The notes under the pieces were generated by a model. It saw nothing but the letters and a program-made list of their open reading frames with translations, was not told the origin of the DNA and made no database searches. Shown piece after piece: positions 42,015-51,819 of a DNA stretch of 64,000 bases. A program made the position numbers and the translations under genes. Within the stretch, counting starts at the first letter, position 1; every line of letters begins with the position of its first letter. Source of the stretch: a virus. Location of the stretch: positions 52,158 to 116,157 of the IMG/VR virus record IMGVR_UViG_3300008450_000005. One strand, written 5' to 3'.

Positions 42015-42539
42015 ATGAGACACTTAACCCTTTACGAAAATTTTTCTGTCAAAGAGGTATTCGAAGCCGCTATTCCAGTTTACAATGAATTGGAAGTGTC
42101 AGCATCGGGTGCTGCTGAGCCAGATTTCACCGCCAAGTATTCTGAACTGATCGACATCATCGAAGAATTCTTGGAAAGAAAGAAAGCCGGAGAGATCGAA
42201 GAGATCACCGTTGTTGCTGATGTCCCCACACAGGGAAAAGGTGCACCTGACTACGTTCAGGACATCATCAGAAAAGAAAGAGAAAGAATTGCTACACAAA
42301 TGCGTTCACAGGGCTACGATCCTGAAGAAGACGACATCGACATCGACCGTTTCGGCGATAAGAGAAATATCTTCTTCGATTCAGAATTCGTAGTTGATTC
42401 AGTTGAAAAAGATGCTGATGGAAAAGGTGGAAAAATTATTGCAATTCCATATTCTTTCTACAAAAAAGGTGACTACACCAAGAAAGCTCACATCGATCCA
42501 TTGAAAATAGACGAGGTATTCTACAAGCCAAAAGCTTAA
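42015..42539 (+). CDS. Hypothetical protein with capsid-targeting-like leader
   Basis: MRHLTLYENF...VFEA; GATATATA upstream; followed by its own terminator. Confidence 0.6.
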   Translation: MRHLTLYENFSVKEVFEAAIPVYNELEVSASGAAEPDFTAKYSELIDIIEEFLERKKAGEIEEITVVADVPTQGKGAPDYVQDIIRKERERIATQMRSQGYDPEEDDIDIDRFGDKRNIFFDSEFVVDSVEKDADGKGGKIIAIPYSFYKKGDYTKKAHIDPLKIDEVFYKPKA

Positions 42540-42562
42540 TACCTTATAACTTCATTATTTTT

Positions 42563-42585
42563 AAAAGGCCGGCAACGGCCTTTTT
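42563..42585 (+). terminator. Rho-independent terminator
   Basis: AAAAGGCCG-GCAA-CGGCCTTTTT. Confidence 0.8.
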
Positions 42586-42625
42586 CTTTGAAATAAAATC
42601 GTGATATCACAATAAAATATTTGGA

Positions 42626-44401
42626 ATGAAGAAAGCATCGAAAGAAATTAAAGTTTTATCAGATTTTGAACACATCGTTACCAGACCCACCTTATATGTT
42701 GGATCGGTGAAAATCAGCGAGGAAACTATTCCTATACTGAAAGGATCCCGGATACATCTTGAGGATAGAAAAGTCTCGGTTGGGATGTACAAATTATTCG
42801 ATGAGATTTTTTCGAACTGCGTGGATGAGGCCAAGAGAATGACTAAGCAGATGAAATCTATTGATGTGTCTGTGAATTCAGCAACTAACATGATTGAAAT
42901 CTGTGATTCTGGCGACGGCTTTCAGAATGGATCAGCGATTAATTCAAAGAGCGGGATGAGCAACGTTGCTACCGCTGTATCGATGTTGAGAGCAGGATCA
43001 AATTTTGATAATGACGGTATTGAAGAAACATTGATCGGTACAAATGGACTTGGTGTTTCGTTGGTGAATGCGTTGAGCGAGACATTCAAAATCTGCACTA
43101 GCAATTCATCCGAAACGTATGAGCAGGAATGGAAACGATTTGAATCCACCCAACCTAAGATTAAGAAGAGAAAAAATTCTTCCACCGGGACAGCAGTTTC
43201 GTTCGTTCCCAGATCGGATGTATTTGATAACTGCTCTTGGGAGAAGGAGATTATTTACACAACTCTCGTTCTGAAGAAAAGAGTTTTACAGAGTGATCCT
43301 AAGACTTCCAAGATCAAAATAAATTTCACATGGGATGGCGATCCAATTGAAATAGATACAAACCTTCCCGATTACATAGCTTATCCTCACGAGCTTGGCG
43401 AATTATTGCTAGCAAAGTCTTTCGAAGGTTCTGGCACAATCTCCTTCGTAAATTCGGCGATCTGTACCGGTGTCCATATTAAGATCGTGCAGGATCAAAT
43501 CAATAGAGTATTGGATGATTCTTTAGGACACCACTTTTATGATATGATTCTTATTCTTAACCTGCCACCGATTATGGTTAGATTTGGTGATCAGAATAAG
43601 ACAAAATTTGTCACTAAAAGGGAAGAGATTGAAACCACCATCTTGCACTCGCTCGGAAACAAGCTTTCCCAATTCTACAAGACCCCTCTGTTTAAAGAAA
43701 TAAAACAAGAGGTAGATCAGAGAAAAAAATCGGAGGAGATAAAGAAGATTAGGAAGGAAAGGAAGAATATCAATGTGAAATTTTCGCATAAGTATTTTCC
43801 TGCCTCGACAAAATCACCAGAAAATCTTTTTATCGTAGAAGGCCTTTCTGCCAGCGGATCAATCCTTCAGAAAAGGCAACCGCATAAAGACGCTGTCTAT
43901 GCACTAAAGGGTAAAATAAAGAATGCCAGATCTCTCGGCGATCTTTCAACGAACAAGGAAATTCTGGAACTGATGCAGATCTTAAATTTGGACCCGGAGA
44001 ACTCTAAATTGGAGTGTCCTTTCCAAAAGATTGTTATAGCTACAGATGCTGACTATGATGGTTACCACATCAGATCCTTGATCATTAATTTGTTTACTGC
44101 CTGGTTCCCCTGGATTGTGGAGCAGGGAAAAATCTATATTATGGAAACACCCATTATAACGATCGGGGATCGAACTAAAAAGTATTTCTATTCCGTAGAC
44201 GAATTTCTCAATTTCAAGGGTCAGAAATCATCGGTTAGATACTTAAAAGGACTGGGTTCTCTTTCTATCCAAGACTGGGATTACGTGATGGCTGATAAGC
44301 TACTCATCCAAATTAAGAAGGATGCTAAGGGAACGAAGAATCTGGATATGGCTTTTGGTAAGTTCTCTTCACTCAGAAAAGATTGGTTATCCTCGAAATA
44401 A
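42626..44401 (+). CDS. Type II topoisomerase ATPase/TOPRIM subunit (T4 gp39+60 / GyrB-like)
   Basis: RPTLYVGS, EIFSNCVDE, GTNGLG, VEGLSA, ATDADYDG, RYLKGLGS. Confidence 0.9.
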   Translation: MKKASKEIKVLSDFEHIVTRPTLYVGSVKISEETIPILKGSRIHLEDRKVSVGMYKLFDEIFSNCVDEAKRMTKQMKSIDVSVNSATNMIEICDSGDGFQNGSAINSKSGMSNVATAVSMLRAGSNFDNDGIEETLIGTNGLGVSLVNALSETFKICTSNSSETYEQEWKRFESTQPKIKKRKNSSTGTAVSFVPRSDVFDNCSWEKEIIYTTLVLKKRVLQSDPKTSKIKINFTWDGDPIEIDTNLPDYIAYPHELGELLLAKSFEGSGTISFVNSAICTGVHIKIVQDQINRVLDDSLGHHFYDMILILNLPPIMVRFGDQNKTKFVTKREEIETTILHSLGNKLSQFYKTPLFKEIKQEVDQRKKSEEIKKIRKERKNINVKFSHKYFPASTKSPENLFIVEGLSASGSILQKRQPHKDAVYALKGKIKNARSLGDLSTNKEILELMQILNLDPENSKLECPFQKIVIATDADYDGYHIRSLIINLFTAWFPWIVEQGKIYIMETPIITIGDRTKKYFYSVDEFLNFKGQKSSVRYLKGLGSLSIQDWDYVMADKLLIQIKKDAKGTKNLDMAFGKFSSLRKDWLSSK

Positions 44402-44436
44402 TTTTTCCTATCGCGATTTTTAATTATTTTTGACAT

Positions 44437-45360
44437 ATGAGATATGGGTACTGCTGCATCAATCTTTCCATTAACGAAGGGAAAAAAGATTCTGAAAGAA
44501 TTTACACCAACCGGTCGCTCACAAAAAAGACCTTTCTTGAAGGCGGATTGAAGAAAGCTTCTGAGCTTGCTTTAAAGAACGTTCAAGATCTGGAACATAT
44601 CATAGAGTGGAACAGGGACAATGGAATAATGATGTTCCGGATGAGCTCTGATCTATTCCCGTGGTGCTCGGAATATGAGCTTTCGGATCTTCCCGACTTC
44701 GAGGAGATCAAGAAAGCACTCATGTGGTGTGGGGCAAAATCTAAAATATACAAACAGAGATTAACATTCCACCCGTCTCACTTTTGTGTTATTTCTTCTC
44801 TACGGGAAGACGTTGTAAAAAACTCAATTAAAGAATTGAGACAACATGCTGAGATTATGGATCTGATGGGACTTGAACAGAATTTCAACTATCCGATTAA
44901 TATCCATATAAATACCACCAAGCCTGATAAGGAATCTGCAGCAGCTAGATTCTGTGAAGCCTATTCACAGCTTCCAGAGAATGTTAGAAAAAGATTGGTT
45001 CTGGAAAACGACGATAAGCCTAGCGAATTTAACCCTTTCGATCTGTATGAATTGGTTCACCAGAAAGTAGGGATACCATTGACGTTTGATTATCTGCACT
45101 ACTTCTGTAACCCTCGAGATGGACATTCCGAAAAAGAAGCATTGCAGGTTTCAATATCTACATGGCCGGAGGGGATTACACCAATCACTCATTATTCAGA
45201 ATCCCGTAAATTGAACGAGGACGAAAGCAGCAAATTGCTTGCACACACCGATTGGATTTGGAGCCGAAATATCGAAACTTATGGGTTTGAAATAGATATA
45301 GAATTCGAGGTCAAAATGAAAGATCTCGCATTATTAAAATATCTTAAAAACCAAGCATGA
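44437..45360 (+). CDS. uvsE: UV-damage endonuclease (UvsE/UVDE)
   Basis: RYGYCCIN, FRMSSDLFP, HPSHF, LENDD, FDYLH, HYSES, EVKMKD. Confidence 0.9.
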   Translation: MRYGYCCINLSINEGKKDSERIYTNRSLTKKTFLEGGLKKASELALKNVQDLEHIIEWNRDNGIMMFRMSSDLFPWCSEYELSDLPDFEEIKKALMWCGAKSKIYKQRLTFHPSHFCVISSLREDVVKNSIKELRQHAEIMDLMGLEQNFNYPINIHINTTKPDKESAAARFCEAYSQLPENVRKRLVLENDDKPSEFNPFDLYELVHQKVGIPLTFDYLHYFCNPRDGHSEKEALQVSISTWPEGITPITHYSESRKLNEDESSKLLAHTDWIWSRNIETYGFEIDIEFEVKMKDLALLKYLKNQA

Positions 45361-45602
45361 GCGACGAAAAAATCCAAGAAGCATATCAGAGATTTGACGA
45401 TTTCGAAAAACAACTCCTAGGTGTTAAAGAGGTAACTTGGACACCCGACGAGGAGATCACTTCAAAAATCCATTACGATATCTTATCAGAGAATTTTGGG
45501 GAGGAAGAGGTGCAGAAAACTTTAGAAACCAACGGCATAGAAATCAAATACCTCTCAAACCACGATACATTTCTGAAAATTTTTGAAATGTTGAAGCAAT
45601 GA
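45357..45602 (+). CDS. Hypothetical protein
   Basis: Coupled 81-aa ORF. Confidence 0.55.
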   Translation: MSDEKIQEAYQRFDDFEKQLLGVKEVTWTPDEEITSKIHYDILSENFGEEEVQKTLETNGIEIKYLSNHDTFLKIFEMLKQ

Positions 45603-45940
45603 GTTTGCCGTTTCTCAATAGTCCATTCTCGAGGTTCCCATCGGACCATCCACAAATTGAGCTGATCAAATCTCATCTTGTGCGTGCGATGCAGGACCTA
45701 TTTCTGATCAGCATTAGAAATCTAGACGATGAATTCATGCTGATATTCGACTCAGAGGAAGAGATCGACGAATTCTGTGACGGAATAATCAAGTACAGAG
45801 AAAGTATAGAAGAGTATGAGGTATGTAACGAGATCCTGGATACCAAGCCACAGCTTCTTGAAAAATGGAAGAAATTCAATTCTAAACCACTCAAAAAAGG
45901 TTTTGACGACATCAAAGCCTGGTTAAAATCAACTATCTAA
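45599..45940 (+). CDS. Small protein with UVR-like EEYExC motif
   Basis: YRESIEEYEVCNEI. Confidence 0.55.
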   Translation: MSLPFLNSPFSRFPSDHPQIELIKSHLVRAMQDLFLISIRNLDDEFMLIFDSEEEIDEFCDGIIKYRESIEEYEVCNEILDTKPQLLEKWKKFNSKPLKKGFDDIKAWLKSTI

Positions 45941-45942
45941 TA

Positions 45943-46962
45943 ATGAAGGACTATTACGCAACATTAGGGGTAGATCGGAACGCAACTCCGGAGCAGATCA
46001 AAAAGGCATACCGTAAGCTAGCCATCCAATACCACCCGGATAAAACTGGTGGAGACCCTGAGTTAAATCAAAAATTTACTGACCTGACAGAGGCTTACGA
46101 TACTCTTTCGGATCCAGCTAAAAAACAAAAATACGATAATCCCGTTAGTGGATGGGGTCCATTCCAAGGGATGGAAGACATCTTCAATTTCAATATGGGA
46201 GATATTTTCAGTGGTGGAAATCGAAGATCTAAATCTGTTAAAGGTCCTAACCTGATGATCATGGTTAATCTGACTTTGGAAGAAATGGCCACCGGTTCAA
46301 AAAAGGAAATCGAACTCCGAAAAAGAACGATGTGCGTTCCGTGCAGCGGAACGGGAGCTGATAATGGACAAGCTCAAACTTGTAACCAGTGTATGGGATT
46401 AGGATTCAGAAGGAAGTCTATTAATTCGGGTTTTGGTCAGATCACTATGGACGAGGCATGCCCACATTGCGCAGGTGAAGGAAAAATAGTTACCAACGCT
46501 TGTATCTCTTGCTTTGGAAACGGATTCGTGCACGCCAATGAAAGAATAGAGGTTAAAATACCAGCTGGATTTGTCCCAGGTATGAACTTCATCTTGACTG
46601 GCAAGGGAGAATGGGTTAGAGGTTGCACAATTCCAGGCGACGTAACTGTCAAAATAGAAGAATATGCTCACCCAACTTTCGAGAGATCAAATTTAGATTT
46701 GATCTGCAATAAGAAAGTATCATTTACTAAAGCTTGCCTTGGCGGGGATCTGGAAATACCAAATCTTCTTGGCGGGTCTTTTAAATTCAACATCCCTGAA
46801 TTAACTGCACCAGGAAGAATTTTTAGACTGCAAGGCAAGGGATTGCCAAATCACTCCAATGGAGTTAAAGGCGATATAATTGTTAAGATAGTTCTTGAAA
46901 TGCCAAAGGAACTTAACGAAGAAAAAATCTCAAAATTGAGAGAACTAGAAGAAATTTTATGA
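45943..46962 (+). CDS. dnaJ: Chaperone DnaJ (class A)
   Basis: J domain with HPD, G/F region, four CxxCxGxG repeats. Confidence 0.93.
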   Translation: MKDYYATLGVDRNATPEQIKKAYRKLAIQYHPDKTGGDPELNQKFTDLTEAYDTLSDPAKKQKYDNPVSGWGPFQGMEDIFNFNMGDIFSGGNRRSKSVKGPNLMIMVNLTLEEMATGSKKEIELRKRTMCVPCSGTGADNGQAQTCNQCMGLGFRRKSINSGFGQITMDEACPHCAGEGKIVTNACISCFGNGFVHANERIEVKIPAGFVPGMNFILTGKGEWVRGCTIPGDVTVKIEEYAHPTFERSNLDLICNKKVSFTKACLGGDLEIPNLLGGSFKFNIPELTAPGRIFRLQGKGLPNHSNGVKGDIIVKIVLEMPKELNEEKISKLRELEEIL

Positions 46963-47270
46963 TTTTACTAATACTATTATTTAACGCCTGGTCGATCGCT
47001 AATATCATTGTGCATGGCTCGATTTTTTCAGGGGCGAGAAAATTCTTGCTTTTGAATTCACCATTTTGGGGAAGCATGGTAACCTGTATGATGTGCGCTT
47101 CAGTTTATGTAGGACTGGCCCAGGCATTAATACTCAACTTTTCCGATGTCCTAATTATTTTTCCAGATAGTCCATGGTTGGATATTTTCATCCTTACATT
47201 CTGCAGCAGCGGATTTTCGTACATCGCAGACATGATCATTTGGAAATTTTTCATAAGTGATAAAATATAA
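46959..47270 (+). CDS. Membrane protein (DUF1360-like)
   Basis: IF..AR...CMMCASVY.G; several hydrophobic segments. Confidence 0.5.
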   Translation: MILLILLFNAWSIANIIVHGSIFSGARKFLLLNSPFWGSMVTCMMCASVYVGLAQALILNFSDVLIIFPDSPWLDIFILTFCSSGFSYIADMIIWKFFISDKI

Positions 47271-47290
47271 ACCATCATAATTGCAAATAG

Positions 47291-48697
47291 GTGGAAAAAT
47301 ATATTACTATCACAGATCAGATCAACAGTCAGTATAGAAGCTATGCTCTGTATGTTCTACAATCAAGAGGAATTCCTAATTTTTACGACGGTCTAACCCC
47401 GGTTCAGAGACTGATCGTTCAGCACGCTCCCAAAACATTTAACAAAACGCTAGGACTAGTAGGTGAGGTAATCAGAACTGGATTATACCACCACTCAGAT
47501 TCATCGTTAGCAGGTGCAGTATCCAAGCTTGCAAGGCCATTCGGATGCTCTCACCAAATTCTGGAAGGAGATGGATTTTTCGGATCCCCAGTGAACCCGA
47601 ACCCTTCTGCTCCAAGATACACATCGGTTAGGGTTAACCCCAGATCTTCGGAAATTCTTTTCAGACATCTGGATCTTAACGAAAAAAACAAAGAGGGAGG
47701 ATACGATTGGCTTCATACTGAACTTCCCATCGGTCTAGTTACACATGTTGTTGGAATCGCTGTCGGATACAGATCAAATATACTTCCCAGAAAATTAGAG
47801 GATGTGGTGGAATACATTCAAGGGCAGAATAAGCTGCTCAAGCCACACTTTAAAGATTTTAGCGGAAAGATTACTAAACTGCAGGGATCTGAGAAATGCT
47901 GGCTATTGGAGGGGAATTTTAAGGAAGATAAATCCAGGAAGGCAGTAGAGATTCAGGATTTACCTCCGCTCATGAGATATGATAACTTTATCATTAAGCT
48001 CACAACGAAGCTGGAAATGATGGGATATGAGTACACTATCCGCAACAAATCCCAATCGACCGTTAACATTGAAATCCTTTTCAAGAAGATAACTCCAAAG
48101 GAATTTGATTACGTTTCTGCCCAAATCAAAAAATTGACTCAGATCGTAGTCAATGAAAATATAGTGCTGATCAAAGATGGAGGTGTCAAAGAGTATGATT
48201 CAATCAAGGAATATCTCGACGAGTTCAAGGAGCACTACAATCGTGTTCTATTGAAAAGAATTCTGAAGGATCTCGATGATGCCACTAACGAAATCTCTTA
48301 CCTCAAAGCCAAACTTGAATTTCTAGTATTCATGTCTGGTCCAAAAAGAACATCGAAAGAAATTACAGACTTTATTTCTAAATATCCTGATTGGATTGCT
48401 AGAAGACTTTCTAAAATTGAATTGGTTAGACTCTCCAATGACACCATCAACGAGGTTAAAAAACAGATACAGGAGCTTGAAGGCCAGAAGAAGAAATTAA
48501 CCAAAGAAGCAAAAGATCAGGAAAAAATTTGGAAGTCATTCACGGTAAAACCCACTGTTGCACTTAAAAAGGCCATGGCTTTATTTGGAGAGGAAGATTA
48601 CACAGAGAAAACAGTAACAGATGACGGAATCGAGATTTACCAGCCTGAGGTAGAAGCAGAGGAAGAATCTTTCCCTGAAGAAGATGAAAATATTTAA
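47291..48697 (+). CDS. Type II topoisomerase cleavage subunit (T4 gp52 / GyrA-like)
   Basis: RGIPNFYDGLTPVQR, YHHSD, GFFGS, SAPRY (catalytic Tyr), GIAVG. Confidence 0.9.
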   Translation: MEKYITITDQINSQYRSYALYVLQSRGIPNFYDGLTPVQRLIVQHAPKTFNKTLGLVGEVIRTGLYHHSDSSLAGAVSKLARPFGCSHQILEGDGFFGSPVNPNPSAPRYTSVRVNPRSSEILFRHLDLNEKNKEGGYDWLHTELPIGLVTHVVGIAVGYRSNILPRKLEDVVEYIQGQNKLLKPHFKDFSGKITKLQGSEKCWLLEGNFKEDKSRKAVEIQDLPPLMRYDNFIIKLTTKLEMMGYEYTIRNKSQSTVNIEILFKKITPKEFDYVSAQIKKLTQIVVNENIVLIKDGGVKEYDSIKEYLDEFKEHYNRVLLKRILKDLDDATNEISYLKAKLEFLVFMSGPKRTSKEITDFISKYPDWIARRLSKIELVRLSNDTINEVKKQIQELEGQKKKLTKEAKDQEKIWKSFTVKPTVALKKAMALFGEEDYTEKTVTDDGIEIYQPEVEAEEESFPEEDENI

Positions 48698-48714
48698 AAC
48701 CTTATAGCTATAAT
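48686..48714 (+). promoter_or_regulatory. Putative GAAAAY-N17-TATAAT promoter
   Basis: GAAAAT-17 nt-TATAAT upstream of the clamp gene. Confidence 0.5.
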
Positions 48715-48722
48715 TAAAAAAT

Positions 48723-49478
48723 ATGAATTTACGCATCACTAGCATTCCGAATCTTATCGAGTTTTTAAGAAAACTTAAAGCAGTTGATAAGAGTGTATTA
48801 TTGGAGATGAACACCCAAGATCTTTTCTCCAAGATTCACACACCAGATAAATCAGTCATGAAGTCTGTTAAAACCCCAATATCACAGGTTTTTGACGGAG
48901 TTATTGATACGGGCAATTACGATCGTATTAAGATCGGTATGGTTGACGTTTCAAGATTCATTGATTGCTTCAAAAATTTCAAGCCAACAGACATCGTTCA
49001 TCTGGAGATTGTAACTTCCGAAGCCGATGGAGAATTCGTGGCCACTTCATTGAAGGTGTATACCGACATGATGAAGATCAATTTCGTTTGCGCTGATTTA
49101 GCTCTCATGTCTTACGTTGAAGATGCTATCGTAGCAATGGTTCACGGAACTGAAGAATCGCTCGGTAATTTCCGACTTTACAGATCAGATTTTGAAACGC
49201 TTGGTTCTCTATGCGGATTAGAAAATAATTCGGAAGAACTCTTGGAATTCACAATCAATTCAGAAAGCGTAACTACATCCGGTCAGTCATTCGAATATAA
49301 ACTAAACATCGGAACATCGGACATATCAGCTGAAGAAGATATGGTTGTCTATATTTACAAGAAGCAGCTTGGCTATGTAGACTTAGAGCAATCGGTTATC
49401 TACATCCACGAAAACAGAATGATCTTTAAATCTGAAGAAAAATCAAACACCATTGCTATTGGGTTAATCCAGAAGTAA
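48723..49478 (+). CDS. DNA sliding clamp (gp45/PCNA-like)
   Basis: About 250 aa, acidic, repeated alpha/beta pattern, adjacent to the polymerase subunit. Confidence 0.55.
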   Translation: MNLRITSIPNLIEFLRKLKAVDKSVLLEMNTQDLFSKIHTPDKSVMKSVKTPISQVFDGVIDTGNYDRIKIGMVDVSRFIDCFKNFKPTDIVHLEIVTSEADGEFVATSLKVYTDMMKINFVCADLALMSYVEDAIVAMVHGTEESLGNFRLYRSDFETLGSLCGLENNSEELLEFTINSESVTTSGQSFEYKLNIGTSDISAEEDMVVYIYKKQLGYVDLEQSVIYIHENRMIFKSEEKSNTIAIGLIQK

Positions 49479-49500
49479 TTTGTATGATATCATAGATGGG

Positions 49501-49527
49501 AAAGCCTCTTATAGAGGCTTTTCTTTT
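49501..49527 (+). terminator. Rho-independent terminator
   Basis: AAAGCCTCT-TAT-AGAGGCTTTTCTTTT. Confidence 0.75.
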
Positions 49528-49575
49528 GAAAAATGATCAAGTGGAGGAACATAAAAAGTAATTGGTATAAAATAC

Positions 49576-50733
49576 ATGATGGAGATGGAAACAAAAACAA
49601 AGGATGATCTCAGAAAAGAAATAGAACGTCTAACCAATCTTAAGAATGAACTGAAGAACGAAGAGCAGGCGGTTAAGCTAACGATGAATTCGATTTATGG
49701 AGCTGTAGGAAACTCGTTTTTCGTTTGTCAGAATCCCGATGTGGCGGAAGCTGTAACATTGCAGGGACAAGACTTGATTAAGTTTGCGGAGAAGATTATC
49801 AATAGGTATTTCAATGAACATTGGCATATAGACAAGGAGTTACACGAGAAGATTGGTCTGACAGAGGTTCGAAGAATTGCTAGACCTCTAGTAATATACA
49901 TTGACACTGATTCGAACTATGTTTCTTTTGAGGAGGTTGTCAAATCGTGTGATTGGAATGGAACTCCAATGGATTTGATCTTAAAAATAAACGAGTACCG
50001 TATAAACGATTATCTCAAGAATTGCTTGAATATCTACGCTAAAAAATGGGGCACAGAAAACTGCCAGGATTTTGAGCTTGAGACATTATCACACAATGCT
50101 ATCTTCTTAGGAAAAAAGAAATACGTTGTCAACCTCGCTTATGACTCTGGGATAACTATCCAGAGTTTGAAAGAATTGAAATTCACTGGTGTTGAGATGG
50201 TAAAGGGCGGTACGCCTCCTTTTGTTCGGGAGAAGCTGATTTACTTAACCAAATACATCTTTACTCATGGTTCAAAATTTGAGTTAAAGAATTTCGTTAA
50301 AGAGATCAAAGATATCAAGAAGGAATTCAAGATTCAAGAACCCGATAGAATTTCTGCAGGTATCACATCTAATAACTACGAGAAGTTTATACTCAACGAT
50401 TCGACCTCTCTCGAGGTAGCAGGCAGCTGTCCTATCCACGTAAGAGCTTCGGGATTCCACAATTTCCTTCTGAATAATTCTAAATACAAAAGTAAATACC
50501 CGCTAATACAGAGTGGAGAAAAGGTCAGATGGTATTTCGTTAAAACCAAAAAAGTCACAGACTGCAATGTTTTTGCTTATTCACAAGGAACATACCCATA
50601 CGAATTTGCACCGGCGATTGACTATGATATGCAATTCACCAAAACGATTCTAGATCCGATAAATAGATTCATTGAAGCAATGGGTCATAATCCTATCAGT
50701 CCTAATTTATTTACCATAACAGCCTTATTCTAA
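49576..50733 (+). CDS. DNA polymerase family B, C-terminal subunit (second finger helix, motifs B and C, thumb)
   Basis: KLTMNSIYG (B), YIDTDS (C), KKKY, TGVE; hydrophobic tail TITALF. Confidence 0.88.
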   Translation: MMEMETKTKDDLRKEIERLTNLKNELKNEEQAVKLTMNSIYGAVGNSFFVCQNPDVAEAVTLQGQDLIKFAEKIINRYFNEHWHIDKELHEKIGLTEVRRIARPLVIYIDTDSNYVSFEEVVKSCDWNGTPMDLILKINEYRINDYLKNCLNIYAKKWGTENCQDFELETLSHNAIFLGKKKYVVNLAYDSGITIQSLKELKFTGVEMVKGGTPPFVREKLIYLTKYIFTHGSKFELKNFVKEIKDIKKEFKIQEPDRISAGITSNNYEKFILNDSTSLEVAGSCPIHVRASGFHNFLLNNSKYKSKYPLIQSGEKVRWYFVKTKKVTDCNVFAYSQGTYPYEFAPAIDYDMQFTKTILDPINRFIEAMGHNPISPNLFTITALF

Positions 50734-50930
50734 TGTCATTTAATCGCAGAATACTTCCAGAAGTTGAAAAACTTGTCAAGCTGAGAGAGAAAGCTCAAAA
50801 TGATGAGGAATTCATCAAGAGCTTGTATAGAGGTGCAGATGCACTACAAGGTTCCACCGAATCATTCAACTACGTAGCACAGGTCAAGTACGAAATAGAA
50901 AATAAGATAAATAAGAGGGATGAAAATTAA
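50733..50930 (+). CDS. Hypothetical protein
   Basis: MSFNRRILP; coupled to the polymerase subunit gene. Confidence 0.55.
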   Translation: MSFNRRILPEVEKLVKLREKAQNDEEFIKSLYRGADALQGSTESFNYVAQVKYEIENKINKRDEN

Positions 50931-51195
50931 TTTGCTCAATACAGACGATCTCAACATCGAGGATTTTGAAGCTTATTGCGAAAATATGTACGATGGATTT
51001 GATATCATCCAGAAGAATCACTATTCATTCGTTAAATATCGTGGTATAGACGAAACCCTCAAAATGCATCTTCTTCAGGAGATGTTCGATTTTTTTTACT
51101 TGGAGGAAGATTATGATCGCTGCGGGGAGCTCAACAAATGGATGAGTCTCGTCTACACCCAAGAATGGATTAGATCCTGGATATATAAGAAATAA
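50920..51195 (+). CDS. Small protein with UVR-like EDYDxC motif
   Basis: FFYLEEDYDRCGEL. Confidence 0.55.
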   Translation: MKINLLNTDDLNIEDFEAYCENMYDGFDIIQKNHYSFVKYRGIDETLKMHLLQEMFDFFYLEEDYDRCGELNKWMSLVYTQEWIRSWIYKK

Positions 51196-51211
51196 AATTA
51201 ATCTTAACGAC

Positions 51212-51397
51212 ATGTCTTCAGAACAAGAAAAAACCGAAAAAATCCAGGTATTGCTGAGCAGATCAGATCTGAACGATTTGAGCAAAAGAATCGCAAAAGA
51301 GTCTATCACTACAGGTGAGCCTCCAGTAAGTATCTCCCACTATGTAAGAAAGCTGATCCGTAGAAATCTAGGTAAGTCAACTTCTGCTGGAGAATAA
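51212..51397 (+). CDS. Ribbon-helix-helix DNA-binding protein
   Basis: KIQVLLS strand, helix, SISHYVRKLI. Confidence 0.55.
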   Translation: MSSEQEKTEKIQVLLSRSDLNDLSKRIAKESITTGEPPVSISHYVRKLIRRNLGKSTSAGE

Positions 51398-51432
51398 TTT
51401 ATCAACTAACCGGCATTTTAATCCGAAAATAC

Positions 51433-51819
51433 ATGAGTGAAACAGTAAGCCCCGTCCTAGAGGGGGATAAAAAAAACTATTTGATCGATATCGACGGAAC
51501 AATCACGGATGATGTTCCGAACGAGGAACCGGAAAGAATGAAGCACTGTCTTCCCTACCCGGGATCAAATGAGATTATCAACCAATGGTATGAAGAGGGA
51601 CACGTTATAACCTTTTTCACATCCAGAACCGAAGATCTAAGAGGGATCACGGAAACCTGGTTAAATGGAAACGGGTATAAATATCACCATCTACTGATGA
51701 ATAAACCCAGAGGAGGAAATTATCATTGGATAGATAACCATATTGTGAGAGCGACGACATATAAAGGAAAATGGACACCGCTGGTAACAAAGGAAATGAA
51801 AATACAAGTCTTCGAATGA
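51433..51819 (+). CDS. HAD-superfamily phosphatase (LNS2-like)
   Basis: IDIDGT, FFTSR, KPRGG, WIDN. Confidence 0.75.
   Translation: MSETVSPVLEGDKKNYLIDIDGTITDDVPNEEPERMKHCLPYPGSNEIINQWYEEGHVITFFTSRTEDLRGITETWLNGNGYKYHHLLMNKPRGGNYHWIDNHIVRATTYKGKWTPLVTKEMKIQVFE

Noticed and set aside
35800-49700. Split intein or intron joining the two polymerase halves
   Set aside because: No Cys/Ser-initiated intein N-block or His-Asn/Cys junction at the ends; the intervening DNA is ordinary genes.
51433-51819. HAD protein as part of an arabinosyl-cytosine sugar pathway
   Set aside because: No sugar-phosphate isomerase or NTP-sugar transferase is seen in this window, so only a generic HAD call is supported.
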